Below are positions 1-9,693 of a stretch of 64,000 bases of DNA, piece by piece. The notes beneath the pieces were generated by a model that saw only the letters and a program-made list of their open reading frames with translations, was not told where the DNA came from and did no database searches. Position 1 is the first letter of the stretch. The number at the start of each line of letters is the position of its first letter. Made by a program: the position numbers and the translations under genes. The stretch is from a virus. The stretch covers positions 32,001 through 96,000 of IMG/VR virus record IMGVR_UViG_3300024262_000017, one strand, 5' to 3'.

Positions 1-1091
1 CCCATGTAGTTCTTCAGGGCCTCAGGAACTTCGGCGGTTTTTTCCATACGATTCACGAGAACTTCACGATCTTGCGGGGGCAAGCTCATGAGGTACTGAA
101 CCGTGGCGACCTTTTGGTGCTGGTCAAAAAAGAAGGGGAAGCGGTTGGCATACTTGGCGCCAACTTGCTTGAAGCGCTGCATGTACTCGACATCTTCCCC
201 AACTTTGGTCTCTTGAATGACAGTGTTGGTACCACCCTCACTCTTTTCCTGGTCGGGATGAGCTTTTTCTTCACCGATGCGAGCGCTGGCCGGCACCTTC
301 ATGTCGGTTTCGCCTACACCAGTCTCACCCTTGTTGGCGTAACTTGCACCACCAGGGCGATTCTTTTCGTCGAGAGTACCTTCACCCGTGACCGCGTCAC
401 CAGGAACTTCGCCCACACCAACCGTGGTGCTGGCTCGCTTGTTTTGCGTTGCGGCTTTGATGAGATTCCGAATGCTTGCGGATTTCATCCCAACCTGCTC
501 AGCCGCAGAATTGGTTCCGTCGACGGCGACAGGACCCATCCCAACACCTTCGACTTTTTCTTCATCACCGATTTTGCCCTTGCCGGAATCCTGTTGCAGG
601 CCGACACCATCTTCGCCAACGTTGGCGTAGTTGTCAGGACGCTGTTGCTGGTCCATCTTGGATTCTGCAGTGGTCGCATTGGCAGTGCTGTTTTCCTGCT
701 CAACACGGTCACCAGTGATAGTGCTGCCTTCACCCAGCTTGCGAAGGAACCGCGCAGCTGCACGTTTCACAGAAGCAGACTTCGCAGCCTCTTCAGCCAC
801 TTCTGCGGCCGGAGATTCTTGTGCAGCGCCAGCACCAGCACCAGCTACAGACTCAGCAGCCTGGGCAGCATTGGATGCACTAGCTTGCAGTGTGTTGGAA
901 AGTTCGACGAGATTGGCAGCCAGGTCAGCAGTTGCTTCAGGGGCGACTGCTTCGACCGGTTCCTCCGGCAAACTTTCGGACGCCTCGTCTGCCAAGGCAG
1001 CGGCGAGTTCCTCATTGGCGACTTTGAGAGCGCCGGTATCGATCAACGCCTTCATGGTGCCGCGTGCGTAGGCTTTTTTGAACATTGCCAT
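1..1091 (-). CDS. Acidic Ala/Glu/Gly-rich putative head/scaffold-like virion protein (3' end runs off the window)
   Basis: Not in the ORF track because there is no stop in the window. Reads MAMFKKAYARGTMKALIDTGALKVANEELAAALADEASE... to ...MEKTAEVPEALKNYMG. AAGGAG RBS upstream of ATG 1091 and a promoter at 1137-1165. Function is inferred. Confidence 0.75.
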   Translation of the reverse strand, partial: MAMFKKAYARGTMKALIDTGALKVANEELAAALADEASESLPEEPVEAVAPEATADLAANLVELSNTLQASASNAAQAAESVAGAGAGAAQESPAAEVAEEAAKSASVKRAAARFLRKLGEGSTITGDRVEQENSTANATTAESKMDQQQRPDNYANVGEDGVGLQQDSGKGKIGDEEKVEGVGMGPVAVDGTNSAAEQVGMKSASIRNLIKAATQNKRASTTVGVGEVPGDAVTGEGTLDEKNRPGGASYANKGETGVGETDMKVPASARIGEEKAHPDQEKSEGGTNTVIQETKVGEDVEYMQRFKQVGAKYANRFPFFFDQHQKVATVQYLMSLPPQDREVLVNRMEKTAEVPEALKNYM

Positions 1092-1136
1092 CGGTTTTGC
1101 TCCTTTGTCAGTTCGGTCGAATTCAGATTCGACGTA

Positions 1137-1165
1137 ATAGTAGGTTGAAAGTCTGTATCTTTCAA
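1137..1165 (-). promoter_or_regulatory. Promoter TTGAAA-17-TACTAT
   Basis: Matches the shared consensus. Contains inverted repeat TTGAAAG/CTTTCAA. Leader hairpin GTCGAAT/ATTCGAC at 1116-1133. Confidence 0.65.
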
Positions 1166-1174
1166 GCGTTTTTC

Positions 1175-2968
1175 CTAATACTGACCCTTAGGCCCTCTAC
1201 CGAATTCTGCTCCATAAACAAAACCTGGAACAGGGTGCGAACCATGCAGGTCTGCTTTTTCTCCAAATTGTGCAGCGTCCAACACTGTTTGCTTCAAACG
1301 CCTGTGTCCTAAACGAGCCAACCAGTTCGGATTGAGTAGGGGATTGCTGGTAATGGACTGTGCAATGAAAGACATCTTTGGTGGTTGTTGTGCAATTTGA
1401 ACTTTTGATATTCCATTAGCCGCGAGGTCTTTGGAGACTTCAGGGGTAACCATTGTCCCCGCCGTGTGGTGTAAATATCCTTTACCTAACACCCCACCCT
1501 TTGCCTGTTTCAAGGTTGTGTTCTTTGTATTTTTTCCAAGCTCTTTGAGCATGACATTGTAGTTTACGATTTCACCCGGGTAGAAATTCTCTTCAGGATC
1601 TTCATCAATCTGAACGTGGTTGAGATGCGTTCTTGCCAAGACTTCAAAGTGTCGTTTGTCTAAATCGGCACCTTGAGCCTTGTAGGTATTGTATAACTGG
1701 TCAACCATGTATTTACGCCCAGCGCCAAGACCCTTGTAATGTACAAGCTCATCCGGTTTGGTTATTCCGTTTGTGAGTGTATCTCCTCGTGAAACTGTCT
1801 GACCCTTGCGAACTGTTGGGTCAGTGCCCGGAGGTGCGTATTGAGTTTCTCCACCAACAGTAATGTTGTAGCCACCCTGTGGGGCCTTTTGGATTTTGTT
1901 GACCTTACCATCGGTGTCAGAAAGTATGGCCTTATCTGCAAACGTGCTAGGCATCTCTAAGAATTGCCGGAGACCTTTGAGTCCCTTTATCTTGGCGGCA
2001 TCTGCTCCAGCTTGTCTCACACCGTGACGTGCACTCAATGTAAATTGAGTCAGCGGTTCTGTGATGGCCTGAGCAGAGCGTATTCCGATATTGGTACCGA
2101 TGGAATGGAGACCACCCTTTTCGTTAACACCGAAACACTTCTGACACACACCATCGGTGTGCTCGCACGTCATCGGTGACCGAACAATAGCGGTCTTTGT
2201 TTTTTTATGCAGCTGTGAAAGTACTTGCGGAGTAATTTGGGTGTTGTAACCAAAACCCGCAGTAGGCTTTGCTAAAAAGCGGTCAACCGTATTTGGGTCA
2301 TCTGTCTGCATTGGAATACCGTTGTGTGTTCCGCAATCTGCATCCACAACCAGCTGGTCACCCATATTATTAACAAGAATCTTAGCAAAATCACCTGGCT
2401 CAGACACAGCAAGATTTGCAGCCATCAGGTTATTTCGAGATTCAATGCTCGTTGCCCAGTGTTCACTTGGGCGTAGTCCTTCACTGTAACTGTGATGGAC
2501 GAGCCACGGGTAAGCTTCGCCTTTGGCGTCTCGTGCTGCTACAGGAGCCATGAAAGAGCGCATTAATTGCGTGGGACCTCCACGGGTTCCTGAATTAACC
2601 ATCATTCCTTGTGTACCACCAAACTGAGGCATTACTTTTATCAGCTTAGCTTGAGCGTTCTGAATGAGTTGTAGTCGTTTGGTAGGGTCAGATACATTTT
2701 GCAGACTTTTGAGTGTTGGTTTCAGAGCCGCGTTTCGAGCTTTGTAATCAGGGGTGATGTCATTCAAACTAATAGACGCCCCCTCGCTAGTCGCAATTTC
2801 GTGTCCTAAGCGTCGAACATTTTCCATCGTCTGTGCTGCAGAAGTTGGATCCCTCCGTGCCAGTGTATAAAGACGCTGGTGCAGTCCCTTTTTATTGAGG
2901 GTTGCAGAGGTTTGAAGATCCTTGGGCAACACATCGTTGACCAAAAGCTGTCCGAAGGTTTGGGGCAT
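1175..2968 (-). CDS. DNA-directed RNA polymerase beta' C-terminal half (RpoC2-like)
   Basis: Motifs MVNSGTRGG (MADSGARG), SYSEGL, DCGT, VRSPMTC, GVCQKCFG, trigger loop SAQAITEPLTQFTLSARH, DKRHFEVLAR. Confidence 0.92.
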   Translation of the reverse strand: MPQTFGQLLVNDVLPKDLQTSATLNKKGLHQRLYTLARRDPTSAAQTMENVRRLGHEIATSEGASISLNDITPDYKARNAALKPTLKSLQNVSDPTKRLQLIQNAQAKLIKVMPQFGGTQGMMVNSGTRGGPTQLMRSFMAPVAARDAKGEAYPWLVHHSYSEGLRPSEHWATSIESRNNLMAANLAVSEPGDFAKILVNNMGDQLVVDADCGTHNGIPMQTDDPNTVDRFLAKPTAGFGYNTQITPQVLSQLHKKTKTAIVRSPMTCEHTDGVCQKCFGVNEKGGLHSIGTNIGIRSAQAITEPLTQFTLSARHGVRQAGADAAKIKGLKGLRQFLEMPSTFADKAILSDTDGKVNKIQKAPQGGYNITVGGETQYAPPGTDPTVRKGQTVSRGDTLTNGITKPDELVHYKGLGAGRKYMVDQLYNTYKAQGADLDKRHFEVLARTHLNHVQIDEDPEENFYPGEIVNYNVMLKELGKNTKNTTLKQAKGGVLGKGYLHHTAGTMVTPEVSKDLAANGISKVQIAQQPPKMSFIAQSITSNPLLNPNWLARLGHRRLKQTVLDAAQFGEKADLHGSHPVPGFVYGAEFGRGPKGQY

Positions 2969-2974
2969 GAGTAG

Positions 2975-3346
2975 TTACACCGCAGTGGCGCCAGCTACAC
3001 CTGTACCTGCCAGCATTTTCTTTTGCAAACCACTCATGTTTTTCCAGGCATTGGCAGCACCACTACCAGCACCCTTAGCTGCTAAGGTGGCACGGTTGGC
3101 AAGACCAAAACCCTTTGTGTTTGTGAGGCCAGATTTTGCACCCGCCACAATACCTGATGCACCAGAGCGTACACCACTACCCAATGCTTTTGCTCCAGAC
3201 ATTAAGCCTTTACCCATGGCTGCCAAGCCAGGCATTCCCAGCTTCGATAAATCGATACCCAGTTCCTGAGCTTCCTTCACAAGCCGGTCGATGTTTTCCT
3301 CTTCCAACGCTTGCTGTTGACCTATTTGATAAGCGAGTTTCAGCAT
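2975..3346 (-). CDS. Small Gly/Ala-rich protein, AYxxG N-terminal family (putative internal head protein)
   Basis: MLKLAYQIG...LVKEA; AGGAG RBS; its C-terminal segment resembles part of 30604..31068. Confidence 0.7.
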   Translation of the reverse strand: MLKLAYQIGQQQALEEENIDRLVKEAQELGIDLSKLGMPGLAAMGKGLMSGAKALGSGVRSGASGIVAGAKSGLTNTKGFGLANRATLAAKGAGSGAANAWKNMSGLQKKMLAGTGVAGATAV

Positions 3347-3357
3347 GGTTTTTCTCC

Positions 3358-3666
3358 TTAGCCACCGACGGTGGTAACTTCAGGACCACGAATATCGAGC
3401 CCCATGGAATTTTGCAAGTCGTTTGTGATATTGCCAGACCTGTGTTGGCTATACGTACGGCCATCATCTTTGGGAGCACCGATGGGCTCATCAGGTATAT
3501 TCTCAGGGTGTTCTTCAATGTCCGGCTCTGATTGAAGCAGCGCAGCCAACGCTTCGGCGGGATTTTCTGCCTGAGACAGGTCAGGAACTCCTACATCTTC
3601 TGGATGAGCGACACCAGCGTCGAGCATGGCCAATTTTACGCCGAGCGTATAGGCTGCATTGTTCAT
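3358..3666 (-). CDS. Small acidic protein, AYxLG family
   Basis: MNNAAYTLGVKLAMLDAG; translationally coupled to the upstream gene. Confidence 0.65.
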   Translation of the reverse strand: MNNAAYTLGVKLAMLDAGVAHPEDVGVPDLSQAENPAEALAALLQSEPDIEEHPENIPDEPIGAPKDDGRTYSQHRSGNITNDLQNSMGLDIRGPEVTTVGG

Positions 3667-4214
3667 TAGCTGGCCGGCTCATCGTCCTTCGAACTCAGGA
3701 CGTGTTTGAATACCAATGACCACAACGCCATAGCGCTGGCACTTGCCAAGAAACCATCAATGAGGGTTTTCCACCAAACAATCCCAGAAATCAATTCAAT
3801 TGATACTGTCACAGCACAACCCAAAGCAAGTGTGACATAGGGTAAAGCACTTTTCGGAATCAATTTCCAAAGGAACCTTCGAAGTCCCCAAATCAAAAAC
3901 ATGACAACCAAGCCAATGCCCGCAGCCCAACGCCCCTCTTTGAATGCACTAATAATGGCTTCAATATTTGCAGCAGGGTTTTCGTTGATGTCTTCGGTGG
4001 CATCATCAATTTTCTTTCCAGCATCGGCAACTGGGTCATCTGTTTTCGGGGTAGCTACTGCCGGCACAGCCGCATCAGCCGGTGCAGCTACAGCAGCAGC
4101 TGGTGTAGTAACGGCAGAAGCAGGGGTGACCGAAGTCGTGTCATCAGCTGTCACAGCCAACGGTGAGAGCAATAACAACGCTGCAAGGAACATCAAGGTA
4201 AATTTTCGAGTCAT
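3666..4214 (-). CDS. Membrane protein (signal peptide, Ala/Pro linker, about 3 TM helices), holin-like
   Basis: Start reassigned to ATG 4214 (AAGGAG RBS). MTRKFTLMFLAALLLLSPLAVTA signal; hydrophobic helices WAAGIGLVVMFLIWGL, ALPYVTLALGCAVTV, FLASASAMALWSLVF. Confidence 0.65.
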   Translation of the reverse strand: MTRKFTLMFLAALLLLSPLAVTADDTTSVTPASAVTTPAAAVAAPADAAVPAVATPKTDDPVADAGKKIDDATEDINENPAANIEAIISAFKEGRWAAGIGLVVMFLIWGLRRFLWKLIPKSALPYVTLALGCAVTVSIELISGIVWWKTLIDGFLASASAMALWSLVFKHVLSSKDDEPAS

Positions 4215-4239
4215 GCGTTTCTCCTTTGGGATAATTGAA

Positions 4240-4461
4240 CTAGATGCCCCGGGCAAGTGCATGTCGCCCGCGGCCTGTAATTGCGTTGAATCCAGCTTCT
4301 CTTGCTTTCTGTGCAGGGGATAACACTCCCCGTGCACCTTTCCATGCGGAAAAGCCCTTAGAGGGGGCTTTTCCAAATAGTTCTTTAAGCCATGCGTCCT
4401 TTTCAATACCGGCATCACGGAACGCGGCCTCTACACCAAGTTGGTAAGCATATTTAAGCAT
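4240..4461 (-). CDS. Small protein, AYxLG family
   Basis: MLKYAYQLGVEAAFRDAGIEKDA; GGAGG RBS; promoter at 4487-4515. Confidence 0.7.
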   Translation of the reverse strand: MLKYAYQLGVEAAFRDAGIEKDAWLKELFGKAPSKGFSAWKGARGVLSPAQKAREAGFNAITGRGRHALARGI

Positions 4462-4486
4462 ATAAAACATCCTCCGTGTTTGCAAA

Positions 4487-4515
4487 ATGGTAGGTCAATT
4501 TACCCAGTAATACAA
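4487..4515 (-). promoter_or_regulatory. Promoter TTGTAT-17-TACCAT
   Basis: Shared consensus CTTG..CC-TAYYAT-T. Confidence 0.6.
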
Positions 4516-4540
4516 GCCGTTTTAGTTTATTTGAATTCAG

Positions 4541-7500
4541 CTACCTCTTTTTGATAGTTACGGGAGTACCGAGAGTTATCCTACCAGAGTGGTATGCCGA
4601 CATCGCATCTGCCTTGGTATTGAAAGTTTGGGCTTTCCCTGTAGGCTTTGCCGACGTTGCTTGGTAAATCCCCATGACGGCTTCTTGTTGCGGTGCAGAG
4701 GTAGTCAAACTGGATTTACGTTGGTCGCTGAGCAACATATGAGGAAGGGTCATACCCTTTGCTTCTGCCACAGCGGCAGGTGTAACAGGTGCTGTAATAC
4801 TGACGGCATCACCATCGAAATCACCAGTCATAATTGGCGCCAGGGATTCATGGACTCGGATTGTTTTTCCAGGAACCAATTTCGGATAGGCAGCCAAGAC
4901 ATTGTACCGGTACAATGAAGGTGCACGGTTGATTAGAACTGGACGTGTCTGGAGCTCTCGGTCTAACACATTTTTTGCTGCGGGGTGTCGGTCATCTATC
5001 ATCTTTTTTGCCTCAGTTGCACCGAAGCCTTTTTGTACAAGGCCCTTCATAACAAATGGGGAGTACATAGACCACCCTGCGTCTTCCGGTAACCCCATCT
5101 CATCCATAGCCAAGGATGTATCGGGGGCGATTGTTCCTCGCCCACTGACGTCTTGACGCTTCTTGATTAGCTTCGAATGAAAGAACCCAGTTTTCGGGCC
5201 ACGCCCTGCCCCAGCAATGCGGGCGATGTAACCTTGTACATTCCTGTTTTTCAACTGAGGACTCAAAGGTTCTTGTAGTCCATATAATGCACCCATAGAG
5301 TCATACAAGTGCTTGCGTGCATCACCCTGTACGATATTGGGCAGCCCCTTTGTTTTTGTAAGAAGGTCGCTCGCAATCATGGTGTCACGAAGTAAATAGT
5401 TAGGGTCACTTACTTGGAGGCGGTTACCACTGTTACTCGGAACAATGGGGCGGTAAACAGGGGGCGGCACAGGTATCTTTGAAACAACGTAGGCGTCTTC
5501 AGGGCGCAGGCCCTGTTCTTTGAGGGTACGTAGGTACTTCAATTCCTTGACTGCATTGTTGCGTTGGTCGGACCTAAGTCCTTTTAGTTTTGTAAGTACA
5601 TCTTTTTCTCGCTGGTCTAAATCAATCTTACTCAGACGCTTTTGAATACCCAGCCCACCTTCTTCACGCATTGTTTTTTCAAAGTCAGCCTTCTTCATAT
5701 CCAACAACGTTTTAACCGAGCGCTCAAACACAGGGTTTACCATTGGTTCAGACAATTGAACATGGCTCCACTTCGTACCAGAGTTACCACCCGTCAAGGC
5801 TGGGTCGAAGAAACCGCCCACTTCAGGGTTCAGGTTTTTGGCATTGACGAATAGGGGTTTTCTAATGGCGCCTGAAGACATCTTCCCAACATCTTTGTCG
5901 GTCAACGGACCCAACTGGATTAGATTGTCACGCTTGTCCATCTTGATACCCGCACTCACGAGCTGCACCCCAAACTTGTCGTAAGCAAAGGAACTCTTCA
6001 GAGCCGGCGTAGGGAGACCCAGTTGGTATGCCCGCCAGTAGTCATCATTCTTTTGACTTTTAAGGACGGAAGTTTCTTTTAGAATGTTCCGAGCATCATG
6101 TGCGAGCAGAGCATTGAATTCTAGTCTACCAATACCCTTGGCACCTTTAGGACCACCTGAAGATGGTTGTTGGTTGGCATCATGGTCCTCAACACCGCGA
6201 GCTGAAAAGTTGGTCGAGGTGGTTTTCATAAGCTTCATGGTGTACTGCGGTCCTACGAGAACCCCTTTGATTTTCTTACCAGTCATTGGGTCAGTGATGG
6301 TTTCTGTATCCTTTAATCCATGTTTCTTGAGTTCGTCTTTGACGTATTGCACATTGTCTCTCGGTGCAAAGTTGTCAATGGCAATGGGTTTCCCGGTCTT
6401 TTCTACGACGCGACCCAATGCAGTTTCAAGAATCTGTGCAGGGTTGATGCGCGTAACTACACTCGTAGGAGAGATAGCCATATCAATAGGGTTATCGTTT
6501 TCATCACGAAGCATTTGGTCATCGGGGACAATCGAAGATACGACGCCCTTGTTTCCATAACGCCCTGCTAATTTGTCACCAATTTTTAGAGGCTCCTCTG
6601 TTTTGATAGTGATGCGAATTTTGTTCCCTGTTCGAAACACATCAGAAACAACACCAGGGGTGTCGTGGTCCCACGTGGTACTCGTATCTCGGTAAGGCTT
6701 GATTAAGCTTTTGTGAAGCTGCCCGAGCATTCTTGCCTCAGGTGAAAGCTTAGTTTTTTGTACGGAAGCTATGAGCAAGTCACCAGGGAGTACTCGCATT
6801 CCAGGCTTTATAAGGCCCCCCTTATCCATGCTGTCGTACATTGTTTTCGGGTACTTGTTTCCGTAATAAGTAGAATGTGTGCTGCGCCCAACAATTGTAT
6901 CTGCATCAGCGTCCATAGCTTCTTCATACATATGCTTAGAAGTCAGTTTTTGTGCGCCAGTCTCTGACACAACGACGGCATCATTACTATTCATGCCATG
7001 CATTGAAGTGTAGGCTACACGGAGATTACGCCCTGTAGATATTCGCCCATCCTGTGCAAATGGGGAATTGGCTATCACTTGCCCTGCAGAAACAGTGTCT
7101 CCGGGTTTCACTGTTAGCTTGTCATTCAAGTACGTTTTAGACTTGAGTGGGAAATTTTGAAAGAAGGGTATTCTGACATCTGCTGGTGCAGCTGTTTTCG
7201 AATTGCTGTTTGGGCGAATGTACACAAAACCATTTTTGATTTTCGTTACTTTCCCTGCAACTGGAGAGGTTGGGGAAATCATGTTACCTACTTCTTGTTC
7301 CATTGTCATACCCGGTCGGTACGATGCTACTTGAATAAAGGGAGCTTCTCCTCCTTTTAGTGGCAACGCTTGTGTCATCATCTTCGAGCCCATGGTTGCT
7401 CGATTACCGTCGATGCTATCAAGGAATGGAATCAAGTTAGTTGAAACCCCATACATCGCATGGACATTTGGAATTTTGTAATCAACTTCATTGGATTGAA

Positions 7501-8902
7501 CAGATTGAACAGTGCCACCACGCATCACATCTACACGACCTGTCATTGTTTGATTGGGGAAGGCAATTGTTTTCTCTACCATTTTTTCTACAGGGATGTA
7601 CTTGGCTTTACCCTTCCGGTCATGCAGTACAGTGTAGATTTTCCCATCATCATCTTTGGCAGCGAACATTGTCGTGCGCAAATCAACACCAGCTTTGAAA
7701 GACTCTGGGGTTCGAACAGGGTCTAGTATTCCCATGTGACTACCATGCAAACGCCGTGCTTCATCTGGGATAGCTCGGTCACTGGGGATACCACCTTCAC
7801 CCATGGGTGTAATCTTGGTGGCTGAGTCGATAATCTCCATTGGGTTAATCTGTGCAGGGTTGCCAGACAAAGCCGACGTGGTTAAGAACTTGTGGATACC
7901 CCGTGTGAAGGGAGCGCTGGGAAGGGAACTGTGAATATCCCCTGTTCGGTCAAGCTTCCCCATAACCTTCCTGCGAATATCTCGGGCATCAAGGGAAATT
8001 CGTTCCTTGATGAAATCATCAGGTCCTATGAATTGCTTGAATGACAAACTATCACGCTCGTCGAAATCCTCGTTCGTATTGTAAGCCTTGAGAAGCTTAC
8101 CTGAAGTTCTTAGTAATGCTTCAGGGGTAACTCGATCAAACCCTTTGCCCAATGTTTTTTCAGTGACACGTGGGTCCATGCGCGTAGCTTCAAAGGTACG
8201 TTGAATAGCCTTAATTTTGTCTTCGCCAGGTTCTTGATTGTAGGAACGCACAACTTTGGAATACAATTTGTCCATATGCTTGTCAGGTTTTTTTCCGGCA
8301 AAATCCTTATTTTGTTGAACGAGTTTGGGGTTCCACTCTTTTTCAATTTGACTATCTGAAACTCCAAGTTGTTGAAGCACAGGGTACAAAGGTATTTTGG
8401 ACGTCCCGTATTCGATGTTGAATTGACCCTTTTTTGGATCCATGCTCATACGGAAACCTGAACCACGGCTCAGATTGAACTGAGCTTCAAGTTCTTCATT
8501 TCTCTTTTTACGAGAATAGACCCCAGCTCTCATGCGTATCTGATTGCTGACAGTGTAGGGATTCCCATCAACAATAAACGTATGATGTGCGGTTAGGTGA
8601 GGCAACCGCATCAAGGTGAACTTATCAACCTTCTGTACGACTTTGCCGGTGGTGTTATCCGTCAAGGTCATAGCTCCCTGAATTGGTTCATGGAGCGTCT
8701 GAGCAGAGAGACGTGCCTTCTTGTAATCTTCAGGCCCATAGTCCTTGGGCTTTACATGCACCCCCGTAACATCGAGCGTGTATTTCTTTCCCACCATGGG
8801 GAAAGAATCTTGGATACCCTGGACAGCCTTTTTGCGAACATCTTCTTGTTTAGAAGCGGCTGTCGTAAAAATCGGTTTCAGGCCTGGGGTCTTATTTTCC
8901 AT
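4541..8902 (-). CDS. RNA polymerase beta subunit fused to beta' N-terminal (catalytic) half
   Basis: Beta motifs: TPES..AG, NRATMGSKMMTQA, GDKLAGRYGNKGVVS, RINPAQILE, GRLEFNALLAH. Then beta' motifs: SHVQL..P, PVPPPVYRP, KRQDVSGRGTI, PVLINRAPSL, TGDFDGD. Confidence 0.95.
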   Translation of the reverse strand: MENKTPGLKPIFTTAASKQEDVRKKAVQGIQDSFPMVGKKYTLDVTGVHVKPKDYGPEDYKKARLSAQTLHEPIQGAMTLTDNTTGKVVQKVDKFTLMRLPHLTAHHTFIVDGNPYTVSNQIRMRAGVYSRKKRNEELEAQFNLSRGSGFRMSMDPKKGQFNIEYGTSKIPLYPVLQQLGVSDSQIEKEWNPKLVQQNKDFAGKKPDKHMDKLYSKVVRSYNQEPGEDKIKAIQRTFEATRMDPRVTEKTLGKGFDRVTPEALLRTSGKLLKAYNTNEDFDERDSLSFKQFIGPDDFIKERISLDARDIRRKVMGKLDRTGDIHSSLPSAPFTRGIHKFLTTSALSGNPAQINPMEIIDSATKITPMGEGGIPSDRAIPDEARRLHGSHMGILDPVRTPESFKAGVDLRTTMFAAKDDDGKIYTVLHDRKGKAKYIPVEKMVEKTIAFPNQTMTGRVDVMRGGTVQSVQSNEVDYKIPNVHAMYGVSTNLIPFLDSIDGNRATMGSKMMTQALPLKGGEAPFIQVASYRPGMTMEQEVGNMISPTSPVAGKVTKIKNGFVYIRPNSNSKTAAPADVRIPFFQNFPLKSKTYLNDKLTVKPGDTVSAGQVIANSPFAQDGRISTGRNLRVAYTSMHGMNSNDAVVVSETGAQKLTSKHMYEEAMDADADTIVGRSTHSTYYGNKYPKTMYDSMDKGGLIKPGMRVLPGDLLIASVQKTKLSPEARMLGQLHKSLIKPYRDTSTTWDHDTPGVVSDVFRTGNKIRITIKTEEPLKIGDKLAGRYGNKGVVSSIVPDDQMLRDENDNPIDMAISPTSVVTRINPAQILETALGRVVEKTGKPIAIDNFAPRDNVQYVKDELKKHGLKDTETITDPMTGKKIKGVLVGPQYTMKLMKTTSTNFSARGVEDHDANQQPSSGGPKGAKGIGRLEFNALLAHDARNILKETSVLKSQKNDDYWRAYQLGLPTPALKSSFAYDKFGVQLVSAGIKMDKRDNLIQLGPLTDKDVGKMSSGAIRKPLFVNAKNLNPEVGGFFDPALTGGNSGTKWSHVQLSEPMVNPVFERSVKTLLDMKKADFEKTMREEGGLGIQKRLSKIDLDQREKDVLTKLKGLRSDQRNNAVKELKYLRTLKEQGLRPEDAYVVSKIPVPPPVYRPIVPSNSGNRLQVSDPNYLLRDTMIASDLLTKTKGLPNIVQGDARKHLYDSMGALYGLQEPLSPQLKNRNVQGYIARIAGAGRGPKTGFFHSKLIKKRQDVSGRGTIAPDTSLAMDEMGLPEDAGWSMYSPFVMKGLVQKGFGATEAKKMIDDRHPAAKNVLDRELQTRPVLINRAPSLYRYNVLAAYPKLVPGKTIRVHESLAPIMTGDFDGDAVSITAPVTPAAVAEAKGMTLPHMLLSDQRKSSLTTSAPQQEAVMGIYQATSAKPTGKAQTFNTKADAMSAYHSGRITLGTPVTIKKR

Positions 8903-8909
8903 GCCCGAA

Positions 8910-8938
8910 AGTATAGGACAAAAGTGGTATAAGAACTA
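8910..8938 (-). promoter_or_regulatory. Promoter TAGTTC-17-TATACT, probably leaderless RNAP mRNA
   Basis: -10 box ends 7 nt before ATG 8902; no Shine-Dalgarno sequence. Confidence 0.55.
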
Positions 8939-9014
8939 GGAAGAATTAGTTCGCCCAAAGACCTCTCGGTTTTTGGGCTTCTTGCATCCTAACCCTAACC
9001 GGAGGAGGTGTTAC

Positions 9015-9629
9015 ATGGATGTGGGTCGGAAGGTCCAAGACGACTTCCCTCAGATGCTATTGAACAGCGTTCTGAGGGAAAAGATTGGTCGGAGTCAGCA
9101 GGCATACTTGCTTGCTGAATTAACGGCCAAAGTGCCGGCAAGGCTCCCGGAAGGGATGACCATGTCGGACGTCATCGAAGTGTTCAGCCTCGCTCACTGG
9201 TTCAAGCATTATAAAAGAACCCGAGAATTTTGGCTGAAACTTGATGGGGAGGTGCAACGAGTGACTTGCCTGGAAATCAGGCCAGCCGACCGTTGCATGG
9301 TCGTCTTGGACAAAAACAAAACACGGCGAGAAGTCGTCCTCGACTCGCCGGAGGCTATCAGTAATGTAGAGGACGACGACCAACGGCGGTTGAGGAAGCT
9401 CCTCACCGCTGTTGAGCGTCTTGACGCTCGTGTAGAAGTTTTGCACGAACGTCAGGAAAACATCCAGCAACAGCTGGATGTGACGGCCTTCAAATTAATG
9501 AGGGTCGAGAAATCCCGCGACCGTTTGCGCGCGGGCGCCGAAGAGCTGCAACGGCTCTTCGATGAAAAACGCAACGCCTACCGGCGGGCCATCGGCCCGC
9601 TAAAAGGAGGAAACAATGAAGAAAGCTGA
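9015..9629 (+). CDS. Hypothetical coiled-coil protein
   Basis: GGAGGAGG RBS before ATG 9015; C-terminal heptad-rich helix; TGGTATAAG extended -10-like element near 8925. Confidence 0.7.
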   Translation: MDVGRKVQDDFPQMLLNSVLREKIGRSQQAYLLAELTAKVPARLPEGMTMSDVIEVFSLAHWFKHYKRTREFWLKLDGEVQRVTCLEIRPADRCMVVLDKNKTRREVVLDSPEAISNVEDDDQRRLRKLLTAVERLDARVEVLHERQENIQQQLDVTAFKLMRVEKSRDRLRAGAEELQRLFDEKRNAYRRAIGPLKGGNNEES

Positions 9630-9693
9630 GCAAGTGGTAGGCCTATGGCCCCGACCGTTCCCCACCCCCGATGATGGGGATGAGGACGATTGA
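9616..9693 (+). CDS. Possible 25-aa peptide MKKAEQVVGLWPRPFPTPDDGDEDD
   Basis: Strong AGGAGG RBS; overlaps the structured element at 9625-9732. Confidence 0.35.
   Translation: MKKAEQVVGLWPRPFPTPDDGDEDD

Noticed and set aside
72-1148. 358-aa plus-strand ORF
   Set aside because: Antisense shadow of the minus-strand gene 1..1091, which has an RBS, a promoter and the family motif.
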